Shown here: positions 1 through 7,853 of the stretch, one piece after another
Position numbering within the stretch: position 1 is the stretch's first letter
Layout: every line of letters begins with the position of its first letter
Origin: Candidatus Woesearchaeota archaeon
GTDB lineage: Archaea > Nanobdellota > Nanobdellia > Pacearchaeales > GW2011-AR1
Length of the DNA: 33,785 nt
Reading direction: 5' to 3'
Assembly (NCBI GenBank): GCA_964529375.1
Contig: CAZGUQ010000005.1
Span: 1-33,785 of the forward strand
Position numbers and translations under genes: made by a program
The notes under the pieces: generated by a model
What the model was told of the DNA's origin: nothing
What the model saw: the letters and a program-made list of their open reading frames with translations, nothing else
The model's database searches: none

Positions 1-85
1 TTGGCATATCTGCAGAAACAGGCATTACAAAGAATCCTGCCAAGACTAGGACAACCAACGGCAACAAAACCAAATATTTTTTCAT
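1..85 (-). CDS. N-terminal fragment of a signal-peptide protein (continues beyond window start)
   Basis: Minus strand from ATG at 85-83 reads MKKYLVLLPLVVLVLAGFFVMPVSADMP, a typical signal peptide/TM. Same orientation as the DUF411 gene and 25 nt downstream of it. Truncated by the window edge, so absent from the ORF track. Confidence 0.35.
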   Translation of the reverse strand, partial: MKKYLVLLPLVVLVLAGFFVMPVSADMP

Positions 86-110
86 TTGTTTTTCCTCCTT
101 GTATTTTTAT

Positions 111-701
111 TTAAATTCTCATGAACTCATTGTAAGTTCCGTCATTGTTCACAGCGTAAATCACAAAATCCCCGGTTTTTTGTCCAGGCATTCCTGGAGA
201 ACCCATCGGCATTCCAGGCATTGCAATTCCCCTTAGGTCTGGCTGCTCTTTTAACAATTTTTCAACAGCTTCAAGAGGTATATGGCCTTCTACAAAATAA
301 TCTCCTATGATTGTAGTATGGCAACTCTCTAATTCAGAAGGCACCCCATACTCTCTTTTTGTTGCTTCTGAATCCTGAACGTTGAATGAATTAACTTTTG
401 GCTCTGTTTTCCCAGCAACATATTTCGAATAAACATCGCAGCATCCGCATGTTATTGATTTGTAGATATCTATCTGTGAAACTTGATTTATGTTTTCAAA
501 ACTGCTGGTTCCAGAACCTCTTGTTAATAATAGAATAAATAAAAAAACCGCGATTATTCCAATAAATAAAACCCACACCCTACTCTTCTTCTGCTTATTA
601 TCTTCTTCCATTTTATGTGTTTCCTGTTTTTCTAAATTTTTTAAGTCATTGCAACATCCTTTTTCTTTGTGCTTTCCCGTATGACAGCATTCCATTAACA
701 A
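111..701 (-). CDS. DUF411/CopG-family copper-binding protein, TM-anchored, with Cys/His-rich N-terminal tail
   Basis: 196-aa ORF. ITCGCCDVY (CxCC), ESCHTTIIGDYFVEGHIP and GIAMPGMPMGSPGM are hallmark blocks of DUF411/CopG-type proteins. One TM (WVLFIGIIAVFLFILLL). N-terminal MECCHTGKHKEKGCC. Start overlaps the stop of the upstream gene (695-701). Confidence 0.85.
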   Translation of the reverse strand: MLMECCHTGKHKEKGCCNDLKNLEKQETHKMEEDNKQKKSRVWVLFIGIIAVFLFILLLTRGSGTSSFENINQVSQIDIYKSITCGCCDVYSKYVAGKTEPKVNSFNVQDSEATKREYGVPSELESCHTTIIGDYFVEGHIPLEAVEKLLKEQPDLRGIAMPGMPMGSPGMPGQKTGDFVIYAVNNDGTYNEFMRI

Positions 702-934
702 CCCCCTACCATTCCTGTTCCGCTTGTTGTGGCAATCTGTCCCTGGAATCTTGCAGGTATTGTTCCATGCATTTCATAATTCATGATTTCATTTTCTGTC
801 CAGCCAGATGTGTCTATTTGCCCATTTGCATTCACGGAATTTCCTGTTGCAGAACCCTTGAAAAATACAGTATAAATTACTGCCAATAACAAAATTCCTA
901 TGATTACCCACAGTACTGTTTTCTGTGTTTCCAT
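695..934 (-). CDS. small N-terminally TM-anchored protein ending in GMVGGC
   Basis: 79-aa ORF. TM helix VLWVIIGILLLAVIYTVFF. C-terminus TSGTGMVGGC-stop. Starts 3 nt after the stop of the 938-1099 ORF and overlaps the DUF411 start. Confidence 0.6.
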   Translation of the reverse strand: METQKTVLWVIIGILLLAVIYTVFFKGSATGNSVNANGQIDTSGWTENEIMNYEMHGTIPARFQGQIATTSGTGMVGGC

Positions 935-937
935 TTT

Positions 938-1099
938 TTAACAGCCCCCGACCATACCGCTATATGCGCTTGCTGCCTGCCCTGCATTGGATGAAAGAGC
1001 ACCTGTGCTGCCTCCTCCGCCCTGGAAAAATATAGTGTAAACAACAGCCAGTAACAAAATTCCTATAATTACCCAAAGCACGATTTTTCCTGTTTCCAT
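938..1099 (-). CDS. small N-terminally TM-anchored protein ending in GMVGGC (not in ORF track)
   Basis: Hand translation of the minus strand gives METGKIVLWVIIGILLLAVVYTIFFQGGGGSTGALSSNAGQAASAYSGMVGGC-stop (53 aa, 162 nt in frame). GGAGGT Shine-Dalgarno (complement of 1111-1118) lies about 12 nt upstream. The N-terminal helix is nearly identical to that of the 695-934 product. Confidence 0.55.
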   Translation of the reverse strand: METGKIVLWVIIGILLLAVVYTIFFQGGGGSTGALSSNAGQAASAYSGMVGGC

Positions 1100-1126
1100 T
1101 TGTTATTTTTTACCTCCTAAAATAAA

Positions 1127-1828
1127 TTAACATCCTCCAACCATGCCACCAGATGCCTGTCCTTGTTCAATTCCTCTGTAAGCATTTGTTGTAAGATTTA
1201 TGTAACTGACTTCAATGCCATAACTTTTCATTACCTGCGCTTTCCCTTCTAGTATTCCGGGAAAGAAAAGAGTTTTCCATTTTCCTACTTCTGTTAGAAT
1301 CTCCTCATCACTGAATTCTGTTCCGTGATATTTAATCAAGTATTTTGCCAATCCGCGCATTGCATAGCTGTGTGCGCAGCCGCACGCTGCTTTTCCATTG
1401 CTGAAAATAACACTTCTGGCTCCACAGCAATACTCACACGCAATTCCTTTATATTGATTATATAATATGTCAATGTATCTATCCAAATCAGCATCCTCAA
1501 GTTCTTCAACCCTGTCTATGTTTCCAAGCAGACTTATTGTTTCCTCTGTTTTTGTTGGATTATTTGGAGAAACATCATCATACGTTATTCCAAGCTCCTC
1601 TCCATAAATCTCTGGAACACCAGCAGGAACAATAGTATAGGCGGAAACAGTTCCTATGCCACTACTTCCAATGGCACTTCCTGTTTGCTCTGTCCTGTTT
1701 CCTGAATAAGTATATAAGAGGATTCCTGCAAGGACAACAACAATGGCAACCTGGGCATAAAATTCCCAGTCTGTTTTTTTATTTGTTTGCTTTACCCCGG
1801 AATTTTCTGGTTTGTTTTTCAATTCCAT
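1127..1828 (-). CDS. TM-anchored Cys-rich protein (PCYCGC-motif-like domain) ending in GMVGGC
   Basis: 233-aa ORF. TM helix YAQVAIVVVLAGILLYTY. Cys cluster GIACEYCCGARS...GKAACGCAHSYAMRG resembles the PCYCGC-motif family often linked to copper loci. C-terminus QASGGMVGGC-stop. Confidence 0.7.
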   Translation of the reverse strand: MELKNKPENSGVKQTNKKTDWEFYAQVAIVVVLAGILLYTYSGNRTEQTGSAIGSSGIGTVSAYTIVPAGVPEIYGEELGITYDDVSPNNPTKTEETISLLGNIDRVEELEDADLDRYIDILYNQYKGIACEYCCGARSVIFSNGKAACGCAHSYAMRGLAKYLIKYHGTEFSDEEILTEVGKWKTLFFPGILEGKAQVMKSYGIEVSYINLTTNAYRGIEQGQASGGMVGGC

Positions 1829-1895
1829 GCATTTTCTAAGAAATAGTTTATTATAATCGCTTTGGTGTAACTAGTTACATAGACGTAAATAGAGT

Positions 1896-2381
1896 TTAAT
1901 TCCTCAAAACAACAATATTATTCATTCCCCTTCTTTTTCTTTCTATCAATTGCTTTGCCTCTAGTTTGTCAAGAAGCCTTGTAATTCCGACTTTTCCTGT
2001 TCCGAGCTTTTCCATCAGTTCTGCCTGAAACATTGTCCCGTTTTCATTTTCAAGGATTTTTACAACTTCTCTTTCTTTTGGTTCTAAAGCAGCAAGGTCA
2101 ATTTTCTTTCTCTTTTCCTTGATTTTCTTAAGAATTATCTTTTCTCTCTGTTTCGTGAATATAAGAACAAATCCAATTACAAGCAACACTCCAACAATGC
2201 CAAGAGCAAAATATTTCTGGTAATTTACAGAATCGTACATTTCGCATGATTCAATATCCCCATGTTGAATATAACAGCTGTTTCTTACAGATTCCATTAA
2301 GGTATTATTAAACAAAAATACTAAGAATATCAAGATTATAGCAATTCCCAAAACTAAAAAGCCGACATTCTTGTTTTCCAT
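1896..2381 (-). CDS. membrane-tethered winged-helix (MarR/ArsR-like) transcription regulator
   Basis: 161 aa with two TM helices flanking a short loop holding two Cys (NSCYIQHGDIESCEMYD). A basic linker follows, then a C-terminal wHTH (EREVVKILENENGTMFQAELMEKLGTGKVGITRLLDKLEAKQLIERKRRGMNNIV). Confidence 0.7.
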   Translation of the reverse strand: MENKNVGFLVLGIAIILIFLVFLFNNTLMESVRNSCYIQHGDIESCEMYDSVNYQKYFALGIVGVLLVIGFVLIFTKQREKIILKKIKEKRKKIDLAALEPKEREVVKILENENGTMFQAELMEKLGTGKVGITRLLDKLEAKQLIERKRRGMNNIVVLRN

Positions 2382-2478
2382 GATTTAAAACCAAATAGTT
2401 TATTTATATACTTTTTGAAATGATGATAATAAATTTTAAATTAAAATCATGAACGCCCGGTTCTATAATTAACATTGT

Positions 2479-2880
2479 CTATGCTAACAGTATTATAAAG
2501 ATGGTTATAACAATCACTGTGTTTGCAAGGCAGTATTCGCAAAAATGTTTTATCACAAAACTCTGAACGCCAACGAGATAAAGAGAAAACAGAGCAGCCA
2601 AGCCGGTAATAACAAGAAAACCAGTCGTGAATAAACTTAAAGTTAAAACTGCGGGATATAAAATAGCGACTAGGCTTGCCGCGGCCACAAAAACATAATA
2701 TACCATTCCAAGAACAGTGTTTTCTGTTCCGAAATGCTCTGAATGCTCGCTTTCTATTACTTTATTGCAGTCTTTTCCAAGGATGCAGTAAAGCTGCTGC
2801 TTGTTTGTCTTTGTATGCCAGATATGATATGATAAGAAAAATCCAAGAAGTGATAAAATTAATGTGTAAGTGTATATCAT
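2479..2880 (-). CDS. vitamin K epoxide reductase (VKOR) family thiol oxidoreductase
   Basis: 133 aa, 4 predicted TM helices. Loop Cys pair C-ILGKD-C followed by V..S....FG....LG, and a CxxC (FCEYC) at the start of the last helix. This is the VKOR layout. Confidence 0.75.
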   Translation of the reverse strand: MIYTYTLILSLLGFFLSYHIWHTKTNKQQLYCILGKDCNKVIESEHSEHFGTENTVLGMVYYVFVAAASLVAILYPAVLTLSLFTTGFLVITGLAALFSLYLVGVQSFVIKHFCEYCLANTVIVITIFIILLA

Positions 2881-2984
2881 TTTACTTTGATATGGGAAAA
2901 ATTTTAATTAGCATTGTTAATATAACAGATAGCACCAGCATTATCTAACACCCCAATATTAATCTCTCTTTTATTTAACATTAT

Positions 2985-3536
2985 TCATTCAATTAATTTT
3001 CCTATTATTAATTTAAAATCATTCATTTCGGCATTCAAATCCCCTTGCCTTTCATATCCGTTTCCTATTCTTATGTATTTCCCGCCAAAAACAAAAGTAG
3101 GAATAGAGCCTTCTGGATTATATTTTTTATATATATTAAGAATTTCTTGAGGTACTTCTGTTTCTGTCCATGAAGTCAGTGTATTGTCTCCTATATCAAT
3201 CTCCCAGTGCTGAAGATTAATCTGGCTGGAAAAATTCTCAGCTGCCAGACTATCAAAAGTATCTGCAATCCATTGGCAATGGGAACACCATGTTGTTGAA
3301 AAAAGGATTACATAAGGTCTCCCGCTATTATCCACCAAAATTTGATTTCCTGTATCATAAAATGTAGAGCCTTCTACAGATATTTGATTTTCTTGGTTTC
3401 CTCCCCAAGAATCAGAAACCACAAAATAAATCATTACTGCAACAATAATGAAAGCAATCAAATAAAATCCAAGGGTTGATTTTTTTATTTCTGTTATATT
3501 TTTTTCTATATTCTGCCCGACACTTTTATCATCCAT
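2985..3536 (-). CDS. TM-anchored thioredoxin-fold protein (WCSHC active site)
   Basis: 183 aa. N-terminal TM (FYLIAFIIVAVMIYFVV). FSTTWCSHCQW CxxC motif and cis-Pro-like GSIPTFVF, typical of the thioredoxin/TlpA fold. Confidence 0.75.
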   Translation of the reverse strand: MDDKSVGQNIEKNITEIKKSTLGFYLIAFIIVAVMIYFVVSDSWGGNQENQISVEGSTFYDTGNQILVDNSGRPYVILFSTTWCSHCQWIADTFDSLAAENFSSQINLQHWEIDIGDNTLTSWTETEVPQEILNIYKKYNPEGSIPTFVFGGKYIRIGNGYERQGDLNAEMNDFKLIIGKLIE

Positions 3537-3688
3537 TAACTAAAAAAAGAATATTTGTTTATTAAGGTTTCTGAAATTAGTTCTCTTAATAAAAATAGGT
3601 TAATTGAAAAAGATGAGCCATATTATATCATTACTAAATTTCTTTTATATTAACAACTTCTTTTAATTATTAGAATTATGCAGAATAT

Positions 3689-4417
3689 TTAAGCAACAGA
3701 AGCTATTTCAGCCTCAAACTGTGTCCAGGGATAAGCGCCGGAAATGCTTGTTGCATCTCCTGTTTCTGTATTAACAATTACAAAGAAAGGCGTTCCCCTT
3801 CCGCCTGCACTCGTTGCCTGTGCGAGTTCTTTGCTGACTTCTGAAGCCATTTTAGAACCGTCAAGGCAGCTGTTGAATTCTCCTGTGTTCAGTCCTAGTT
3901 GTGATGCATATGACTTAAGGCTTGCAACATCAAGAGCCTGCTGATTTGTGAAAAGCTTATCATGATATTCCCAGAACTTTTCTTGCTCATCTGCACATAA
4001 AGATGCCTCTGCAGCTTTTTGTGCCCTTGGATGTATTGAGTTCAAAGGAAATTGCTTGTAAACCAAATTAACTTCACCATTTGTGAAATAACTGCTTGCC
4101 TTAAAATCTGTTACTGCACCCTCAAAGGCTCTTGCACAAAAAGGACATTCAAAGTCAGAAAATTCAACTATAGATATTTTTGCTTCTGGATTTCCCAAAA
4201 CAGGATCATTATCTTCTATAAGAGCATTTGCGTTTATGCTTGGCTGATTATTGCTTCCAGTGTCTGTTACAGCTGCTCCAGTGGGGCTTCCCCCATCTCC
4301 TCTAAACATGAAAAAACCACCAATTACAATAACTATCAAAAGTAGTAAGGTAGAATATTTCCATAAAGAATCTTTCTTTATAGTTATTGTTCCGCTCTCT
4401 TTATTTTCTTCTTCCAT
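3689..4417 (-). CDS. TM-anchored DsbA-like thiol:disulfide oxidoreductase
   Basis: 242 aa. N-terminal TM. EFSDFECPFCARAF (CPFC), the helical insert (FWEYHDKLF) and GTPFFVI are typical of the DsbA/Thioredoxin_4 family. Confidence 0.85.
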   Translation of the reverse strand: MEEENKESGTITIKKDSLWKYSTLLLLIVIVIGGFFMFRGDGGSPTGAAVTDTGSNNQPSINANALIEDNDPVLGNPEAKISIVEFSDFECPFCARAFEGAVTDFKASSYFTNGEVNLVYKQFPLNSIHPRAQKAAEASLCADEQEKFWEYHDKLFTNQQALDVASLKSYASQLGLNTGEFNSCLDGSKMASEVSKELAQATSAGGRGTPFFVIVNTETGDATSISGAYPWTQFEAEIASVA

Positions 4418-4512
4418 CTTATTTTAGTATACTGAAAAAGTATTTTATAAATGTTATGGTGATTTCTTGGTTTTTCAGATAAGATTATATATTTCTTCAT
4501 CTTATATTTTTT

Positions 4513-4689
4513 ATGTATAAAAGGGTGGTTGGAAAGTGCAAAAATCCGGGATGCAAACAATCTTTCGGAATTGTAAGGGATCTGCTGCATGATAAAAAAG
4601 GTGTCCTTAAGGTAAGATGCCCCCACTGTGAGCATTTTAATGAGATAGGAGTTAAGCAGTTTAACAAAATTGTTTTATTAGCTATTTAG
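4513..4689 (+). CDS. small zinc-ribbon protein (not in ORF track)
   Basis: Hand translation gives MYKRVVGKCKNPGCKQSFGIVRDLLHDKKGVLKVRCPHCEHFNEIGVKQFNKIVLLAI-stop (58 aa) with Cx4C...CxxC. TATA-like gattatatattt lies about 25 nt upstream. The competing 83-aa minus ORF (4384-4635) looks spurious. Confidence 0.45.
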   Translation: MYKRVVGKCKNPGCKQSFGIVRDLLHDKKGVLKVRCPHCEHFNEIGVKQFNKIVLLAI

Positions 4690-4697
4690 ATTGTGAA

Positions 4698-5684
4698 TTA
4701 AACAATCCCGTTTTCCAGAACATCGTCCCAGGATTTCTCGCCAATGGCAACCATTGCCTCAAGCATTGTTAATATTGGCTTTGGATATTTTGCAAAATCG
4801 TCAAGGGCAATTCTCGGGCAAGCCAATTCAACAAAGGCATCTATATGATAGAAATTCATTATCTTATCAGGAGTTAATTCTGACATTGTAATAACAATTG
4901 CATTTTTTCCAGCGTTCTTTAATTTTCCAAGAAGTTTTATTGGGTTTCCAAATTTTTGTCCTGGCTTTATTTCAACTATTATAGCAACATTTTTTGCATT
5001 CTTAAATTTTTCAATTGAAAAAATTCTTTGCTTTAGAATCTTGTCTTTCAAGCCAGCCATTGAGCGAACATCATCGTTGTAAACATCGAGAAGAATAACT
5101 GGCTTTCTCAAGGCAAGTGTTGCACCCATTGAATGAAATTGGTTTCCTATTATTACAAATGCCTCAACTTGTTCCTGAATTGCTTTCAATCCCCTGTATT
5201 CACAGCCAGTTATATGCCCTTCATATGCGTTTGTTCCTGCTTTCTGAGACAAAACAACGTTCTTTCCTTGTGATTCATAAAACTTTATCACATTTTCAAT
5301 ATCATGCCTGTGCTGTATTGAATATGACAATCCAATAGAATTATATTCTTTCAGAAAGGGAAGAGATTTATTTAAAATTGGATTTAAATCCAAAATATCC
5401 TGAACTTCCATATATAATATAGGGAAATCAACTTCTATGAATTGTGCATGTCCGAAATGAACGAGCAAGTCAACGCCTAAAGCCATAGCCTCCTGAACAG
5501 CAACAGAACAAGCACCCCAGCATGATTCACCTGAAAAAATGCATTCAATTCCCAATGATTCAATCCAAGTTGCAATTTCAGACGCATCTCTCTTGATTCC
5601 TTCTGCAAGCTGCACAAGAACTTTTTTTGGTTTTCTTGCCTGCAGTTCTGCAATCAATTTTTCTTTTTCGAAGTTAAGGGTCAT
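4698..5684 (-). CDS. dph2: diphthamide biosynthesis protein Dph2 (2-(3-amino-3-carboxypropyl)histidine synthase)
   Basis: 328 aa. Overall Dph2 pattern: VLVQLAEGIKR..., GESCWGACSV, LLVHFGHA, three-domain length. An archaea/eukaryote-specific gene. Confidence 0.8.
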   Translation of the reverse strand: MTLNFEKEKLIAELQARKPKKVLVQLAEGIKRDASEIATWIESLGIECIFSGESCWGACSVAVQEAMALGVDLLVHFGHAQFIEVDFPILYMEVQDILDLNPILNKSLPFLKEYNSIGLSYSIQHRHDIENVIKFYESQGKNVVLSQKAGTNAYEGHITGCEYRGLKAIQEQVEAFVIIGNQFHSMGATLALRKPVILLDVYNDDVRSMAGLKDKILKQRIFSIEKFKNAKNVAIIVEIKPGQKFGNPIKLLGKLKNAGKNAIVITMSELTPDKIMNFYHIDAFVELACPRIALDDFAKYPKPILTMLEAMVAIGEKSWDDVLENGIV

Positions 5685-5725
5685 GAAACTATCAGAGAAG
5701 TATGGGGTTTTATAGGTTTTGGTTA

Positions 5726-5895
5726 TTGATTACGTTAACTTAAAATGTGATAAATACTGTTAAATTAAGGATTAACCAACGACATTTTACATATTATAAT
5801 CAGCTAAAAAAGGCAATTATTGAAACTTTAACCATACGTCTTTTATAGACGATAAAACTAGAAAATTTGCTATCCCATTACCTATTGGCTTAACA
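5726..5895 (+). repeat. 170-bp interspersed element, copy A
   Basis: The reverse complement aligns without gaps to 15762-15931 (141/170 identical by hand count). Runs of 35 nt and 20 nt are identical. Imperfect terminal inverted repeats cGTTAActtAA / TTggcTTAACa. Confidence 0.75.
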
Positions 5896-5903
5896 TAACT
5901 TGA

Positions 5904-6365
5904 TTATTCAAGCTTGGATTTTAAACGTTCAAGTTCAAGCACAAGCTTCGGCAATCCGGCTCCGATAAATCTGTCCTGATAAACATTTCCAAACTCGTCA
6001 TCTTCATGAATAAGATATCCTGGAAAAACTCTTTCGCAATCTAGTTGAATCCTGGTTCCTCTTATAAGATTATAACTGAGAATAGCTGTCAATGGTGCGT
6101 ATCCTCTAACAAAATACTTAAAAGAGACAATTTCTGAAGAAAGATTTTCATATCCATATTTAATCTGCTTCACTCTTATCCTGTGTCCTACCCTATTTTT
6201 GATTCTTAAATCTTTTCCAAAAGCGCTACTGATACCAGAAGAACTGCCAAGTCTTGCTTTTCTTCCAGTTAATTCATTTAAAAAACCATTTAAGACTTTC
6301 CTAAAAACTTTATCAGTTACTAATTCCTTCTGGTTTGAAACCACAGAATCAAATAATTCCAACAT
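5904..6365 (-). CDS. hypothetical protein
   Basis: 153-aa ORF, same strand as trxB and 38 nt downstream of 6404-6847. No motif recognised. Confidence 0.55.
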   Translation of the reverse strand: MLELFDSVVSNQKELVTDKVFRKVLNGFLNELTGRKARLGSSSGISSAFGKDLRIKNRVGHRIRVKQIKYGYENLSSEIVSFKYFVRGYAPLTAILSYNLIRGTRIQLDCERVFPGYLIHEDDEFGNVYQDRFIGAGLPKLVLELERLKSKLE

Positions 6366-6403
6366 ATCCTAAGAGAAAAATAGTCCTTTATAAATTTATC
6401 AAT

Positions 6404-6847
6404 CTACCTAATTTTTCCTAGGAGCTCTTCAAGAGAAAATCGAAGGCTATTTGGATGAATTGAACTTATTGCTCTTTCATGAATTACATTCTTGCTATTA
6501 TTATGAATAATTAAGAAATAATCCCCGTCGTCAATTCTTTTTTGGCATCGAAACATGAAATATCCTGGATATGACAAACCTCCAATTCCTGTTTCGATTA
6601 TTGGTTTTCTGTCTCCATTTAAATAATAACTGATAACTACTGCTTTGCTTAAAGAGCCGTAATTAGAAGGCGTTATCTCTAGTCTTCCGGTTTTTCCGAT
6701 GGGGAGAACAAGAGAGCTTGTTGGAGCAAGATCTCTTAGATCAGATATATGGCTTATGTTATATATCTCAAACACATCCATAATCGCATTTGCCGCGGTC
6801 CGCAAATCTTCTGTTGTGTAACCTATTTCACTTATTTCTTTTATCAT
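6404..6847 (-). CDS. hypothetical protein
   Basis: 147-aa ORF 52 nt downstream of trxB on the same strand. No motif recognised. Confidence 0.55.
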   Translation of the reverse strand: MIKEISEIGYTTEDLRTAANAIMDVFEIYNISHISDLRDLAPTSSLVLPIGKTGRLEITPSNYGSLSKAVVISYYLNGDRKPIIETGIGGLSYPGYFMFRCQKRIDDGDYFLIIHNNSKNVIHERAISSIHPNSLRFSLEELLGKIR

Positions 6848-6899
6848 GGAGAAGAAAGAGAATTAAGCAGGGTTATAAATCTTACTTAAAATTAAGAAG

Positions 6900-7847
6900 T
6901 CACAACTTCTTTTTCATTATATGTTCGTAGGCGCTGTAAGCCGCAGTGCAGGCATCTGCAACTCCTGTAATAAGCTGCTTAAACGGCTTGTCTGTAACAT
7001 CTCCGGCTGCAAATACTCCTGGAATGTTTGTTTCTGAAGTCATATGGTTTATTTTTATTTCTCCTGCGCTATTCAGCTTAACACCGAGCGATTTTGCCAA
7101 ATCTGAAAGAGCTATATGCCCTATTGCGACGAAAACACCATTAACTTTCAATTCGCGGGATCCAAGATATGATTTATCTAAGATTACTGACGTAACAGAT
7201 TCTTTGCCTCTTATCTCACTTATATTTGTATTATTTATTACTTCTATCTTTTTATTTTTTTGAATCCGCATCAGGTTTATTGGTTCAGGATGAATTTGTT
7301 CTTTGTGGTAAATGATATAAATTTTTTTTGTATGCTCTGCAAGAAGAAGCGCATCTTTTGCCGCGCTATCTGAACCGCCAATAACAGCAACTACTCTATT
7401 TTTATATAAAGGGGCATCACATAAAGCACAATAGCTTATTCCTTTATTTTCAAATTCCCTCGAACCTCTAACTTCTTCTGGAAGCTTTCTCAATTTTGTT
7501 CCTGTTGCAAAAAGAATTGTTTTTCCTTGGTATTTTGTTTTTTCTGTAATAATAGAAAAAGAGCTCTTCATTTTTTTTATGGAAACAGCTTTCTCTCCTT
7601 TTATGGTTACAAGATTGTAAGAACGCGTATGTTTTTCAATATTTTTCGCAAGTTCTGGTCCAGAGATTGTTGTAAAGCCAGGATAATTTTCGACAGTATC
7701 TGTTGTTGTTATAACTCCGCCAATAGAAAGTTCTGTTCCGTGAGTGGATCCAAGGACAAGTGTTTTCAATCCTAACCTGGCAGCATACATTGCTCCGGCT
7801 AATCCGGAGCCGCCTGCACCGATGATGATGAAGTCATAAGATTCCAT
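6900..7847 (-). CDS. trxB: thioredoxin-disulfide reductase
   Basis: 315 aa. FAD fold IIIGAGGSGLAGA, redox CALC (CxxC), NADPH fold VIGGSDSA, GVFAAGD near the C-terminus. Confidence 0.9.
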   Translation of the reverse strand: MESYDFIIIGAGGSGLAGAMYAARLGLKTLVLGSTHGTELSIGGVITTTDTVENYPGFTTISGPELAKNIEKHTRSYNLVTIKGEKAVSIKKMKSSFSIITEKTKYQGKTILFATGTKLRKLPEEVRGSREFENKGISYCALCDAPLYKNRVVAVIGGSDSAAKDALLLAEHTKKIYIIYHKEQIHPEPINLMRIQKNKKIEVINNTNISEIRGKESVTSVILDKSYLGSRELKVNGVFVAIGHIALSDLAKSLGVKLNSAGEIKINHMTSETNIPGVFAAGDVTDKPFKQLITGVADACTAAYSAYEHIMKKKL

Positions 7848-7853
7848 TTTTTG

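Noticed and set aside
4384-4635. 83-aa minus-strand ORF in the track.
   Set aside because: It overlaps the DsbA-like gene start and has odd composition and no motif. The opposite strand carries a better zinc-ribbon ORF with a promoter-like box.
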